A stretch of 59,208 nucleotides of DNA, taken from the NCBI GenBank assembly GCA_020028455.1, contig JAHZOA010000001.1, positions 1 to 59,208 of the forward strand. Reading direction: 5' to 3'. A model generated the notes under the pieces. The model did not search any database and was not told where the DNA came from. It worked only from the letters and a program-made list of their open reading frames with translations. The translations under genes and the position numbers were made by a program. This stretch comes from Armatimonadota bacterium (GTDB taxonomy: Bacteria; Sysuimicrobiota; Sysuimicrobiia; Sysuimicrobiales; Kaftiobacteriaceae). Below, in pieces: positions 28,326 to 37,260 of this stretch; the stretch's first letter is position 1, and the number at the start of each line of letters is the position of its first letter.

Positions 28326-29494
28326 TGGATCTCTTGATGCAACGTCGTGGCGATGTTCAATCTGCCGGCCACCCATGCGGGATACAGGCCGCCTATCGTC
28401 GCGGTAAGCAGAAGGAGGATCACAGTGCGGATCGCCGCCTGAGGCGTGAGGACAAAGAAGTGCAGATCCTGTGGCAGTCCGGGAGAGCTGCGCAGGATCG
28501 CATCGAGCGGCTGGCTTAGCGCTGCGCCGAGCAGCAGGGCCAGCGGCGCGCTCACGACAGCCACGACGGCGCCTTCGAGGAAGACCAGCAGCACCAGTCG
28601 CCTGCGGCGCAGTCCCAGCGCGCGGAGAGCGGCCGCTTCACCGAGTCGCTCTCCCACTGCCAGGGTGAGCACCGCTCCGATCAGCAGCACTGCCACGAGG
28701 ACGCTGACGGCGCTGAGGATCGCCGCAAAGTGGTTGAAATAAGTGAGCTGCCCGCGCACACGGCTGACCAGATCCGGAATCGAAAACGCATCCAGGGCGG
28801 GGAATGTTGTCTCAATCCACTGCACAACGGCATCCGGTCCGGCGCCGTCTTTGAGCTTCACGACAATGAACGATGCCTGCCCCTGCCGCAGCTCGAGAAG
28901 AGCCGCAAGTTCCTCAAATGGCAACGCGAGCGTCCGTTGCGACCGCAAGTCAAAGACGTATTCTCCGAGAGCATCCACCGTGGCTACAGACGTACGCTCC
29001 GCTGTTCCAATCTGCGGGTTCACTGAAGTGGCCAGGCGTACCACGTCCCCTGGTCCGATCTGCAGGGCGTGGGCCAGTTCGGGATTGATGATGAGGCCCC
29101 GGCCGGGAATGCCGTGCGTAATGCTGACTACCCCGGCGAGCTCAGGCTTTAATCCCAGCGCAAATGCGGTTGCACGGTCGTGCGGTGTCAATACGTAGAT
29201 ATTGGTGGCCAGCACAGGCGCCGCCCACGCCACGCTTGGATGCGCGGCAATGGATACGGCAGTCTGGGCCGCTGCGGGCATGAGTGCCTCGGCTTCAAAT
29301 GGGAGCGTTCCGCGCAACACCACGCGGACCTCGTAGCCCAGCCGACCGAGCACCGCTTCAAAACTCGTCTCTAGACCTTCTGCCAGCATCGACATGTTGA
29401 AGAGCAGCGCACCGGCAATGGAAACGCCGGCGATCAGCAGCACCGTGCGCGACGCGGAGCGACGGAGATTCTTCCAGGCTAGAAACGAGACCAC
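28322..29494 (-). CDS. FtsX-like ABC transporter permease
   Basis: Start trimmed to GTG 29494 (VVSFLAWKNLRRSASRTVLLIAGVSIAG), 2 nt after the upstream stop. Has a periplasmic domain plus C-terminal FtsX TM bundle. Confidence 0.8.
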   Translation of the reverse strand: MVSFLAWKNLRRSASRTVLLIAGVSIAGALLFNMSMLAEGLETSFEAVLGRLGYEVRVVLRGTLPFEAEALMPAAAQTAVSIAAHPSVAWAAPVLATNIYVLTPHDRATAFALGLKPELAGVVSITHGIPGRGLIINPELAHALQIGPGDVVRLATSVNPQIGTAERTSVATVDALGEYVFDLRSQRTLALPFEELAALLELRQGQASFIVVKLKDGAGPDAVVQWIETTFPALDAFSIPDLVSRVRGQLTYFNHFAAILSAVSVLVAVLLIGAVLTLAVGERLGEAAALRALGLRRRRLVLLVFLEGAVVAVVSAPLALLLGAALSQPLDAILRSSPGLPQDLHFFVLTPQAAIRTVILLLLTATIGGLYPAWVAGRLNIATTLHQEIQ

Positions 29495-29496
29495 GC

Positions 29497-30351
29497 CTAT
29501 CGGCCCACCTGCTCCAGCGGATGCTGGCGGAGCAGGCGCACGCTGACCGCCGCGCCCGCTGCCAGTCCAAGCAGCACGGCCAGAGCGGCGACGATCCACA
29601 GGGCTTGGGGCGTAATGACAGCAAATCGCAGGTGCGTGTGAAAGAGCGGCTGATAGTAGGCGTTGATTCCCCACGCGAGCACGGCGCCAAGAGCCAGACC
29701 AACAGCGGTCCCGGCGATCGCCGCTCCCGCCGCGATCCCCAGCACCGTGAACGCGATCGTCTCTTTGGCGATTCCCACAATACGCAGGGCACCGATCTCC
29801 TTCCGCATCTCGGTGAACTTAAGCGCCATGATCGTGATCAAGAAGATGCCGCTGGCCAGAAGTGTGATCAGGGCGATGGCGCGGTGGAACTGGGTGATGA
29901 CGCGAAATGTGCGCGACGTGATCCGGGCCAGATCGGCGGCGGTGTACGCGTCGTAGCCGCGTCCGAGGGCATTCAGGTCATCTCGCAGCCATGACGCCCG
30001 CGTGGGATCAAGGAGACGCACGACAATCCGATCGACCGTGTCGGGTTGCTGCAGCAGCGATTGGAGGTCGGGAAGGTGGAAGCGAATGACCAAGTCACCG
30101 CGGGCCACATCCGCCGGATGCTCGGGAGGACTCCACACCATCGTCACCCGCGCCCGCCGCGACTGCGCCATCGACGGATCTGCGCTGACCTCAATCACGT
30201 CTCCGACGCTTAGGCCAAGCCGTTCGGCTGTGCGGCGGGAGAGCCCAATTTCAAACAGCGGTTGGTCTGGTGAGCGTCCTGCAGTAGCCGTGGGAACCAG
30301 CGATAGGACAAGGACAGCCAGCAGAATGAGGCGAGGGCGAGGAACTTGCAT
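29497..30351 (-). CDS. Short FtsX-like ABC transporter permease
   Basis: 284 aa. N-terminal TM, about 130-aa extracytoplasmic segment, C-terminal 3-TM block with KEIGALRIVG motif. Confidence 0.7.
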   Translation of the reverse strand: MQVPRPRLILLAVLVLSLVPTATAGRSPDQPLFEIGLSRRTAERLGLSVGDVIEVSADPSMAQSRRARVTMVWSPPEHPADVARGDLVIRFHLPDLQSLLQQPDTVDRIVVRLLDPTRASWLRDDLNALGRGYDAYTAADLARITSRTFRVITQFHRAIALITLLASGIFLITIMALKFTEMRKEIGALRIVGIAKETIAFTVLGIAAGAAIAGTAVGLALGAVLAWGINAYYQPLFHTHLRFAVITPQALWIVAALAVLLGLAAGAAVSVRLLRQHPLEQVGR

Positions 30352-30393
30352 TCGCCCTCATCCTAGCACCCTATCACAACTGGCTCCAGCTCC

Positions 30394-30426
30394 AAACAAA
30401 AGGGCCGTCGCGAAACGGCCCTTTTG
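30394..30426 (-). terminator. Intrinsic terminator after the O-methyltransferase/small-ORF unit
   Basis: Minus strand reads GGGCCGT-TTCGCG-ACGGCCC followed by TTTTGTTTGG. Confidence 0.7.
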
Positions 30427-30451
30427 TCCTGAGTCTCACTACAATGTGTAC

Positions 30452-30571
30452 TCAGGTCCCCATAATCTTTCGGCCTGCCTTACGCCTTCTCACGCGACCG
30501 CGTCCACCAGGCGACTTAGCGGCACGCTTCTTGGCTGCAGTCATTCTACCGCCTCTGCTTTTCTTTGCCAT
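30452..30571 (-). CDS. Candidate 39-aa highly basic small protein (below ORF-track cutoff)
   Basis: MAKKSRGGRMTAAKKRAAKSPGGRGRVRRRKAGRKIMGT. AAGGAGGG lies 8 nt upstream of the ATG. The ORF starts 18 nt after the methyltransferase stop and is followed by the terminator. Confidence 0.4.
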   Translation of the reverse strand: MAKKSRGGRMTAAKKRAAKSPGGRGRVRRRKAGRKIMGT

Positions 30572-30589
30572 TTTGAAATCCCTCCTTCT

Positions 30590-31243
30590 TCATGTATTTC
30601 CCCCATCACGATACGCCACAAGCAACCCATCCCGAATCGGAACAATCGAGGAGATCCATCCCGGATCTGATGAGATCATCCGAGTGAGATCTCGAACACC
30701 CTGAGTCGTCGCCGAGCGGTCGGCATCGTCGAAAATGCGTCCCTGCCAGAACATGTTGTCCACGATAAGCACGCCACCCGGACGGAGTTTCTCCGTGATC
30801 ACCGGCAGAGACTTCGGATACGCTTCCTTATCGATGTCATTGAAGATCAGGTCGAAGGGGCCTTCGACGCGCGAGAGCGTTTCGACAGCCTCACCGACGT
30901 GGTACTGTACGACATCCTCAAACCCTAACGTGTTGAGATGTTTGCGGGCGCGGCGCGAGAGTTCTTCGTCCCAGACAACATGGAACACAGTCCCGCCACC
31001 GTTCTCCTGGACCGCCCGCGCGAACCACGCCGTAGAATAACCGAAACCGGATCCCATCTCAAAGACGCGGCGGGCGCGGATCAGCCGGGCCAGCAGATAA
31101 CAGAAGTTTCCTGCAGCTGGGCCCACGATGGGGAAACGGGTCTCACGCGCGTACGCTTCCATCGCCTGCATCTCCGCAGGTCGAGGAGGCACGCGTGTGT
31201 CGAGGTATTGCCTGAGCTGCGGGGCGAGCAATTCCCACACCAT
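30590..31243 (-). CDS. Class I SAM-dependent O-methyltransferase (family 3, caffeoyl-CoA OMT-like)
   Basis: Start trimmed to ATG 31243 (MVWELLAPQL). SAM-binding FEMGSGFGYST and LIFNDIDKEAYP motifs. Confidence 0.85.
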   Translation of the reverse strand: MVWELLAPQLRQYLDTRVPPRPAEMQAMEAYARETRFPIVGPAAGNFCYLLARLIRARRVFEMGSGFGYSTAWFARAVQENGGGTVFHVVWDEELSRRARKHLNTLGFEDVVQYHVGEAVETLSRVEGPFDLIFNDIDKEAYPKSLPVITEKLRPGGVLIVDNMFWQGRIFDDADRSATTQGVRDLTRMISSDPGWISSIVPIRDGLLVAYRDGGNT

Positions 31244-31253
31244 CGGAGACCTC

Positions 31254-31451
31254 TCAGCGACTCCTTCGTCTGCCACCTTTTCGCCTGGGGACCTTCGCAC
31301 CTTTCTTCCGCGCTTCGGACAGTCCGATCGCGATGGCCTGCTTCCTGCTTTTCACCCGCTTCCCACTGCGTCCACTGCGAAGGGTCCCTCTCTTACGTCG
31401 GCGCATCGCCGATTCCACGTGCTTCTGTGCCGATTCTCCGTATCTGGCCAT
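31254..31451 (-). CDS. Small basic protein (DUF6496-like)
   Basis: 65 aa. The segment KHVESAMRRRKRGTLRSGRSGKRVKSRKQAIAIGLSEARKKGAKVP matches my recollection of this conserved small-protein family. Confidence 0.6.
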   Translation of the reverse strand: MARYGESAQKHVESAMRRRKRGTLRSGRSGKRVKSRKQAIAIGLSEARKKGAKVPRRKGGRRRSR

Positions 31452-31630
31452 CGATGACCCCCTTCTGGCCTTCCGGGCCAGTAAACCGGCGTCCTTCTTC
31501 CACGAATGTTGCGCCGCCCGCGGAGACCGCGGGCGGTCGCATTTAGACTGGCGCTTGCTTCCCGGAGAAAGGGGTAAAAAGCGCTCACGGTTAGCAGTAA
31601 TATGTTAGTGTCGGAGGTGAGCTCGGGACC

Positions 31631-32083
31631 ATGACTGACACCGTCGCCGCGGCGAGTCTGGCTGTCTTAGCAGCGTTTGCCTTCATCGCGCTCCTCGTGG
31701 TTCTTCCACTGATCCGAGATGTGCGACGCGCTGTCTCCCGGATTGACGCCGCGCTGGCTCGCTACGAGCAGGACATAGGCCCGCTGCTCGCCCAGGCGCG
31801 TCTCACCCTCGTGGAAATGCAGCGCGGGGCTGCAAAGGTGCAGTCGATTACCGGGCGACTGGATCGCGTGGTGCAACTCCTCGACCAGGCCGACCGAGTG
31901 CTCTCGGGAGTTCGCGTTACCGTAGGTCGAAGTGTGACGCCGCCTGTGGCAACCGCGGCGGCGGTGCTCGCAGGTGTCGGTCAGGCCATCCGATACCTGT
32001 TCGGTTCGAAACCGGGCGATGGAGACCACGATGAAGGGGAATGGAACCACACTCCACCTGTAGGAGGGACGAGAAATGGCTGA
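31631..32083 (+). CDS. DUF948-like membrane-anchored coiled-coil protein
   Basis: 150 aa with N-terminal TM (AAASLAVLAAFAFIALLVVLPLI) followed by a helical region. Overlaps the start of the YtxH gene. Confidence 0.55.
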   Translation: MTDTVAAASLAVLAAFAFIALLVVLPLIRDVRRAVSRIDAALARYEQDIGPLLAQARLTLVEMQRGAAKVQSITGRLDRVVQLLDQADRVLSGVRVTVGRSVTPPVATAAAVLAGVGQAIRYLFGSKPGDGDHDEGEWNHTPPVGGTRNG

Positions 32084-32417
32084 GAAGTCAGAGTTCAGTG
32101 CCGGATTGCTCATCGGTGGGCTCATTGGTCTCGGATTGGGGTTGCTCTTCGCGCCCAAGCCGGGAAGTGAGACCCGTGAGGAGCTTCGTGTCAAGGCCGA
32201 TGAGATGGGAGGGCGCCTGAAAGATACGGCGCAGGATGTCTCGGAGCGGGTCCGGTCCCGCATGCGTGAGGGCGCCGGCGAGATCGCCACGAAGGTGAAA
32301 GACTCGGTTGGCGAGACATCCCACAAACTGCGTGGGGCCTACGAGCGCGGTCGTGACGCGATGCAGCAAAAGCGTAAGGATATGCTGGATACGCTCGAAT
32401 CGAATGAGGAGAACTAG
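32076..32417 (+). CDS. YtxH domain general-stress-like protein
   Basis: 113 aa with GLLIGGLIGLGLGLLFAPKPGSETREEL, the YtxH signature. Confidence 0.75.
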   Translation: MAEKSEFSAGLLIGGLIGLGLGLLFAPKPGSETREELRVKADEMGGRLKDTAQDVSERVRSRMREGAGEIATKVKDSVGETSHKLRGAYERGRDAMQQKRKDMLDTLESNEEN

Positions 32418-32436
32418 GTTCGTAGTGCCTGCCTTC

Positions 32437-32477
32437 AGAAACTGCCCGTTGGCTCTGCCACCGGGCAGTTTCTTTTT
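32437..32477 (+). terminator. Intrinsic terminator
   Basis: AGAAACTGCCCG (32437-32448) pairs with CGGGCAGTTTCT (32462-32473): a 12-bp stem followed by TTTTT. Confidence 0.8.
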
Positions 32478-32497
32478 GGGATGAGCGCTGAGTAACG

Positions 32498-32956
32498 ATG
32501 CCGCACGCCAAGGATCGGATCAGGCCAATTGCGATTTGTATCTTCTCTCACGGCGGCCGCATCCTGGTGGCGGAGGGCGTTGACCCGGTGAAGCGTGAAC
32601 GATTCTATCGCCCGATCGGCGGTGCGATTGAGTTTGGCGAACGGGGAGCAGAGACGCTGATCCGTGAGATCCAGGAAGAACTCAAGGCCGAAATCAGCAG
32701 CCTTCGCTACCTCGGCGCGGTAGAGAACATCTTCACGTACAATGGCCAGCGGGGTCACGAGATCGTCCTGGTCTACGACGGAGCGTTCGTCGATCTGTCC
32801 CTCTACGACCGGTCGGAACTCGAGGGACTCGAGCATGACGGGTCCACTTTTAAGGCCGTGTGGAAGTCTATAGGGCAGATGCAGGAGGAAGGCGTGCCCG
32901 TCTATCCCAGCGGCCTCGCGGAGATGCTCGCCGCAGCGAAGGATCGGAGCAGATGA
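32498..32956 (+). CDS. NUDIX hydrolase
   Basis: 152 aa with Nudix box GGAIEFGERGAETLIREIQEELKAE. Confidence 0.85.
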   Translation: MPHAKDRIRPIAICIFSHGGRILVAEGVDPVKRERFYRPIGGAIEFGERGAETLIREIQEELKAEISSLRYLGAVENIFTYNGQRGHEIVLVYDGAFVDLSLYDRSELEGLEHDGSTFKAVWKSIGQMQEEGVPVYPSGLAEMLAAAKDRSR

Positions 32957-33124
32957 TCCGCAAAGTTGGCGGCAAGTACGTCTGTAAGCTCTATATCGAT
33001 ATTCTCAAATTCGCTGTAATCGCATAACCTACACCCACCTTAACATGGCTGAAGTGCCCACTACGATCGCTCCAATATATTGACAAACATCGATCTATCG
33101 TCTAGCGTGTAGGAGGGACATCCA

Positions 33125-33478
33125 ATGACCACCAGGGCGCTTCCGCTCACCAGGAGTTGCTGCGACGTCGACTGTATGTCGGAGGTCGCCAGCACGAAGT
33201 TCGACGAAGCTGCAATCAGCCAGCGATCCGGCCAGTTCAACGCGCTCGGCGACGAGATCAGGCTCAAGATCCTCCAACTGCTCGCGCGGCACGAAGCACT
33301 ATGCGTGTGCGAGATCCAGGAGGCCTTCGACGTGGGGCAGCCGACGATCTCCCACCACTTGAAACTCCTTCGCGACGCGGATCTTGTCGACGTGGAGCGG
33401 CGCGGGACGTGGGCGTACTACTCCCTTCGCAGAGACACCCTCAAAGCGCTGATGCAAGAGCTCGTCACGGTGTTGTGA
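33125..33478 (+). CDS. arsR: ArsR/SmtB family metalloregulator
   Basis: 117 aa with ALCVCEIQEAF metal site and GQPTISHHLKLL recognition helix. Extra N-terminal SCCDVDC. Confidence 0.9.
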   Translation: MTTRALPLTRSCCDVDCMSEVASTKFDEAAISQRSGQFNALGDEIRLKILQLLARHEALCVCEIQEAFDVGQPTISHHLKLLRDADLVDVERRGTWAYYSLRRDTLKALMQELVTVL

Positions 33479-33488
33479 GTGTGATCCG

Positions 33489-33953
33489 ATGATCCGACTG
33501 CGCTCGGCCCAGCCGGGAGATCTTTCAGCCGTTGAACGCCTGCTCACTGACGTCGATCTCACCACGGCCGGTGTGGCGGACCATGTGGATGGATTCATCG
33601 TTGCCGAGGATGCTGCATCGATCGTGGGGTGCGCCGGGCTCGAGACGTATGGGGCCGGAGGGCTGCTGCGTTCAGTCGCAGTGCGACCAGACCATCGGAG
33701 CAACGCCGTTGGGCGGCAGCTCGTGGAACGCGCGCTCGACCGCGCGCGAGAATCCGGCGTGCAGGTGGTCTATCTGCTGACCAACACCGCCGCCGACTAC
33801 TTCAAACGCATCGGCTTCGAGTCAATCCAACGCGATCAGGTTGATTCCGCAGTGCAGCAATCTCAAGAATTCTCAACTGAATCCTGTGATTCCGCAACGG
33901 CCATGCGCCTCATGCTTGGGCTGGCCCTGGGGCCAGGGGGGAGCAATCGATGA
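33489..33953 (+). CDS. GNAT N-acetyltransferase (ArsN-type, ars-operon associated)
   Basis: 154 aa with GNAT core LRSVAVRPDHRSNAVGRQLVERAL. Positioned between arsR and arsM. Confidence 0.7.
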   Translation: MIRLRSAQPGDLSAVERLLTDVDLTTAGVADHVDGFIVAEDAASIVGCAGLETYGAGGLLRSVAVRPDHRSNAVGRQLVERALDRARESGVQVVYLLTNTAADYFKRIGFESIQRDQVDSAVQQSQEFSTESCDSATAMRLMLGLALGPGGSNR

Positions 33954-34651
33954 TTTACACTGACCAGATCAAGCGTGTCGTCCGGGAGCATTATGCCCAG
34001 AGCCTGCAGACCGGGTGTTGTGGCGCCGGATCTGCCTGCTGTGGAATCGAGCCGGCGGGAGATTTGGCGCTCGAGGGCCCGGCCCTGGGCTGCGGGACGC
34101 CGCTCGGCTACGCGGAGTTGAGAGCGGGCGAGACGGTTCTTGACCTGGGCTCCGGTGCCGGACGCGAGGTGCTGATGGCGGCGCGAGAGGTAGGACCGGA
34201 CGGACACGCCATCGGTGTCGACATGACCCCGGAGATGATCGCGACGGCACGAGAGAACGCTCGACGGAACAACCTATCGAACGCCGAGTTCAGACTGGGA
34301 GAGATCGAACAGCTCCCGATTGCCACCGGCAGCGCCGATGTCGTCATCAGTAACTGCGTGATCAATCTCGTGCCTGACAAGAACAGGGCGTTCGCCGAAG
34401 CTTTCCGGGCGCTCAAGCCCGGCGGCTGGCTCATCGTCTCTGACATGGTCACACACGGCGTGTTGCCGGACGCGATGCGTTCAGATCTCACCGCGTGGGC
34501 CGGCTGCGTGGCAGGCGCCGTCGATGTGCAGGAGTACACGGCGGTGATCGAGCGCGCAGGCTTCCGCGATACCGAAATCCTCGCCCGGACCGATGCGGCT
34601 CCGGGGCAGGTATTCAGCGTCACCGTTCGCGCCCGGAAACCGCGGAGTTAA
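33950..34651 (+). CDS. arsM: Arsenite S-adenosylmethionine methyltransferase
   Basis: 233 aa with N-terminal Cys pairs (GCCGAGSACCG), SAM motif VLDLGSGAGREV, and conserved Cys in SNCVINL and AGCVAGA. Confidence 0.8.
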   Translation: MIYTDQIKRVVREHYAQSLQTGCCGAGSACCGIEPAGDLALEGPALGCGTPLGYAELRAGETVLDLGSGAGREVLMAAREVGPDGHAIGVDMTPEMIATARENARRNNLSNAEFRLGEIEQLPIATGSADVVISNCVINLVPDKNRAFAEAFRALKPGGWLIVSDMVTHGVLPDAMRSDLTAWAGCVAGAVDVQEYTAVIERAGFRDTEILARTDAAPGQVFSVTVRARKPRS

Positions 34652-35709
34652 TCGAGAAGGCGGATAAGCAAGACGGTCTCGCCGCGGCCCACGGCGCCGA
34701 GTTTTGCCACAACGGTCTTACCGTCTGGGCCGAACTCAAAATCGGCAGCCACCGTGCCCGGCCGGAACTCAGGTGCGGACGGATCGTTGAATCGTGTCAG
34801 GCGCTGCCTGCCCGACCCGTCATCGTTCATGATCCAATAATCTAACTTCAGATCCCGCGGGTCTTTGCGCTGCGCGACGCCTTCACTGCTCGCCCAGACA
34901 ATCCGCTTGCCGTCGGCGGTGAACTGCGCATGTTCATCCCACTCATGGTTGCGTGTCAGCTGCGTCAGGCGGCTGGTGGCCAGGTCGAACGCATAGATTT
35001 CTAGATCGAAGTAGTCGCCGCGCCGCGGCGCGCCGGAAAACAGGATGTGCCGATCATCGGGCGAGAATCCATGCGTCTCGTACAACTGGAGATCTCCGGG
35101 CCGCAGCGCCCTGGTACGCGCCGGGGACGGTCCGGCTTCCGTGAGGACGATGTCGACGATCTTGATGGCCCACTGACCGCCGAGTCCCCGGACCGACGGG
35201 TCCACGATTTCGCTCCAGAGCAACAGGCGTCCGTCATGCGAAAAGTGCGGGTGCAGCACGCCGCCGCCTGCCTTGACGCGAGTGACGCGCCAGACGTGAG
35301 TGCCATCGGCCTTCATCAGCCAGATGTCGTTGTTGATGCCGAGGCCTGGAGTGCCGGTGTAACTCTCCATGGGCCTGCGACTGCCTGCGAGCGCCGGATC
35401 GTGCGCCTGGAACACCAGGTATTCGCCGGATGGATGCCAGGCGGGATTCCCGCGATGCGAGCGCGGAAGGCCGGAGCGCCCGCAGGTGAGGCACTGCTCG
35501 TTTGAACCATCAGGATGGATCGTGTAGATCTCGAAGGTCCCGGTGCTGCTCTTCCGGTCGAAGGCGATCAGGTTGCGAGCATGTGACCATGCGACGCGGC
35601 CGCCGTCCTCGACGAGAATCTCCACCTGGACGGCTGGTGCAGCGGACCCGAGTGCCCCCGCAATCAGGGCTGTTGCCAGCGACAGCGCGAGGACTGCGAA
35701 TCGCATCAT
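34648..35709 (-). CDS. Secreted TolB-like beta-propeller (PD40 repeat) protein
   Basis: Start trimmed to ATG 35709 (MMRFAVLALSLATALIAGALG signal). Repeated ...SPDG/SHDG...F.. propeller-like units. Confidence 0.65.
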   Translation of the reverse strand: MMRFAVLALSLATALIAGALGSAAPAVQVEILVEDGGRVAWSHARNLIAFDRKSSTGTFEIYTIHPDGSNEQCLTCGRSGLPRSHRGNPAWHPSGEYLVFQAHDPALAGSRRPMESYTGTPGLGINNDIWLMKADGTHVWRVTRVKAGGGVLHPHFSHDGRLLLWSEIVDPSVRGLGGQWAIKIVDIVLTEAGPSPARTRALRPGDLQLYETHGFSPDDRHILFSGAPRRGDYFDLEIYAFDLATSRLTQLTRNHEWDEHAQFTADGKRIVWASSEGVAQRKDPRDLKLDYWIMNDDGSGRQRLTRFNDPSAPEFRPGTVAADFEFGPDGKTVVAKLGAVGRGETVLLIRLLD

Positions 35710-35756
35710 GATACATATGCCCGATAACCATCGCTCGCGGCCGGAGTAAAGCGATC

Positions 35757-36545
35757 CTAGCGCTGGCAGAAAAGGCAAAAGTAGGTCGTGCGGCCTGCGA
35801 TGCGCGCAACGCGAAGCGGCCGGCCGCATCGAGGGCAGCGCCCGGTGCGATCACGCGCATCAAGAAACCGGCCGACTGGGCGCCCGTAGCGCGACAGTCT
35901 CACCACAGCCTGGCGCAAGACCCGGCGGATCGCGAGATGCAGACGAGTGATTTGGTGGGTACGGAGCGTGGTCGCTCCTCGCGCCGGATGAAGGCGCGCC
36001 TGCCATAGGATCTCGTCGGCATAGATGTTGCCAATACCGGCAATGAGATCCTGACGGAGGAGCAGCGATTTCAATGTCCCGCGCCGGTCCCGCAAGATCA
36101 TCCGGAACTTTCTGAGGGTGAACTCCGGTTCCAGCGGTTCGATCCCCATGTGAAGCAGCCCGGGGAAGCGTGACAACTGATCCGATGTGAGCAGGTCCAT
36201 GTGACCGAAGCGTCGCTGGTCGGTGAAACGCAGCTGGCCGCGATCGAGGTGGAAGACGATACGCGTGTGGCGGTCCACCGGAGCGTCTGGCTGTGCGATC
36301 ACAAAGTCACCCGTCATCCGCAGGTGCGCGACCAGCGTGAGATCGCCTTCCAGCGTGATGAGCAGGTACTTGCCTCGCCGCCCGATGTCGTGGACATGAC
36401 GTCCCCGCAGCAGGCGGGCAAAGGCGGGTGGATCGGGAAAGCGCACGGTCGAGGGGGTGATGAGGTGGACGCGGCGGATACGCCGCCCGCGCAGATGACG
36501 CCGGAGCCTGCGCGCGACGGTTTCGACGTCAGGAAGCTCTGGCAT
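35757..36545 (-). CDS. mutM: Formamidopyrimidine-DNA glycosylase
   Basis: Start trimmed to ATG 36545 (MPELPDVETV, catalytic Pro2). C-terminal zinc finger CPRCG...YFCLFCQ. Confidence 0.9.
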   Translation of the reverse strand: MPELPDVETVARRLRRHLRGRRIRRVHLITPSTVRFPDPPAFARLLRGRHVHDIGRRGKYLLITLEGDLTLVAHLRMTGDFVIAQPDAPVDRHTRIVFHLDRGQLRFTDQRRFGHMDLLTSDQLSRFPGLLHMGIEPLEPEFTLRKFRMILRDRRGTLKSLLLRQDLIAGIGNIYADEILWQARLHPARGATTLRTHQITRLHLAIRRVLRQAVVRLSRYGRPVGRFLDARDRTGRCPRCGRPLRVARIAGRTTYFCLFCQR

Positions 36546-36558
36546 TGGTGGGCGCGAC

Positions 36559-37233
36559 CTACATCCAGCGGTGGCGGCCCGAGTAGATCGTGACGACCGG
36601 TCCTCTCGGATGACGGTGCCGGTAGGCACGGAATCGAGCCAGAAGTCGCCTGTACCTCGCATCTGAAGACCTGAGCTTCTGGTGCGGGATGTCCAGGAGG
36701 TATTGTTCTACCTTCCACGCGTTTCGTTTCGAGAACCGCCAGTCGTAGTTCCCGAGCTTGCGCAGGTCCACGAGCTGGTACCCCCTGATGCGACCGGTGA
36801 AATCGACGTACGGGTCGAAGTAGCTCCAGACGAGATGACGAATGGATCGAAAGACGGGTTTCCGACCATGCAGGCCAGCATCGCGGGAACGCCCAATTGC
36901 GCCCCACCGTCGTCCACGGCGAAAAACATAAATGACGTGATCGATCCCGTCCTGCGATTCGAAACTCACCACCAGGGGGGGATAGCCATGCTGTTCAAGA
37001 ATCACGGCGGCCGCAAGCGTGGCCTCGAGGCAATGCGCCTGCGCTCGCCGCACCACTTCGCGGAATGAGCGAAGTGTCTCCCCCTTGCGTTCCCAGTTGT
37101 AGTGCAGTGATCGCAGCCAACGTTGGACGCGCTCGGGTGTCCGGTTGCGCCGGATCGTCGACCATTCGCGTCGTGTGAACGCCGTGCGGGGCGGGGGACG
37201 GCGCGAACTCATGGCCCGTGTTATTCGCAGCAT
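36559..37233 (-). CDS. Hypothetical protein (possible transglutaminase/papain-like fold)
   Basis: 224-aa ORF with coherent composition. AHCLEATL...DHVIYVF...SRD spacing is suggestive only. Confidence 0.45.
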   Translation of the reverse strand: MLRITRAMSSRRPPPRTAFTRREWSTIRRNRTPERVQRWLRSLHYNWERKGETLRSFREVVRRAQAHCLEATLAAAVILEQHGYPPLVVSFESQDGIDHVIYVFRRGRRWGAIGRSRDAGLHGRKPVFRSIRHLVWSYFDPYVDFTGRIRGYQLVDLRKLGNYDWRFSKRNAWKVEQYLLDIPHQKLRSSDARYRRLLARFRAYRHRHPRGPVVTIYSGRHRWM

Positions 37234-37260
37234 CGAAGATGAAGCCTCCAGGAGACCACC

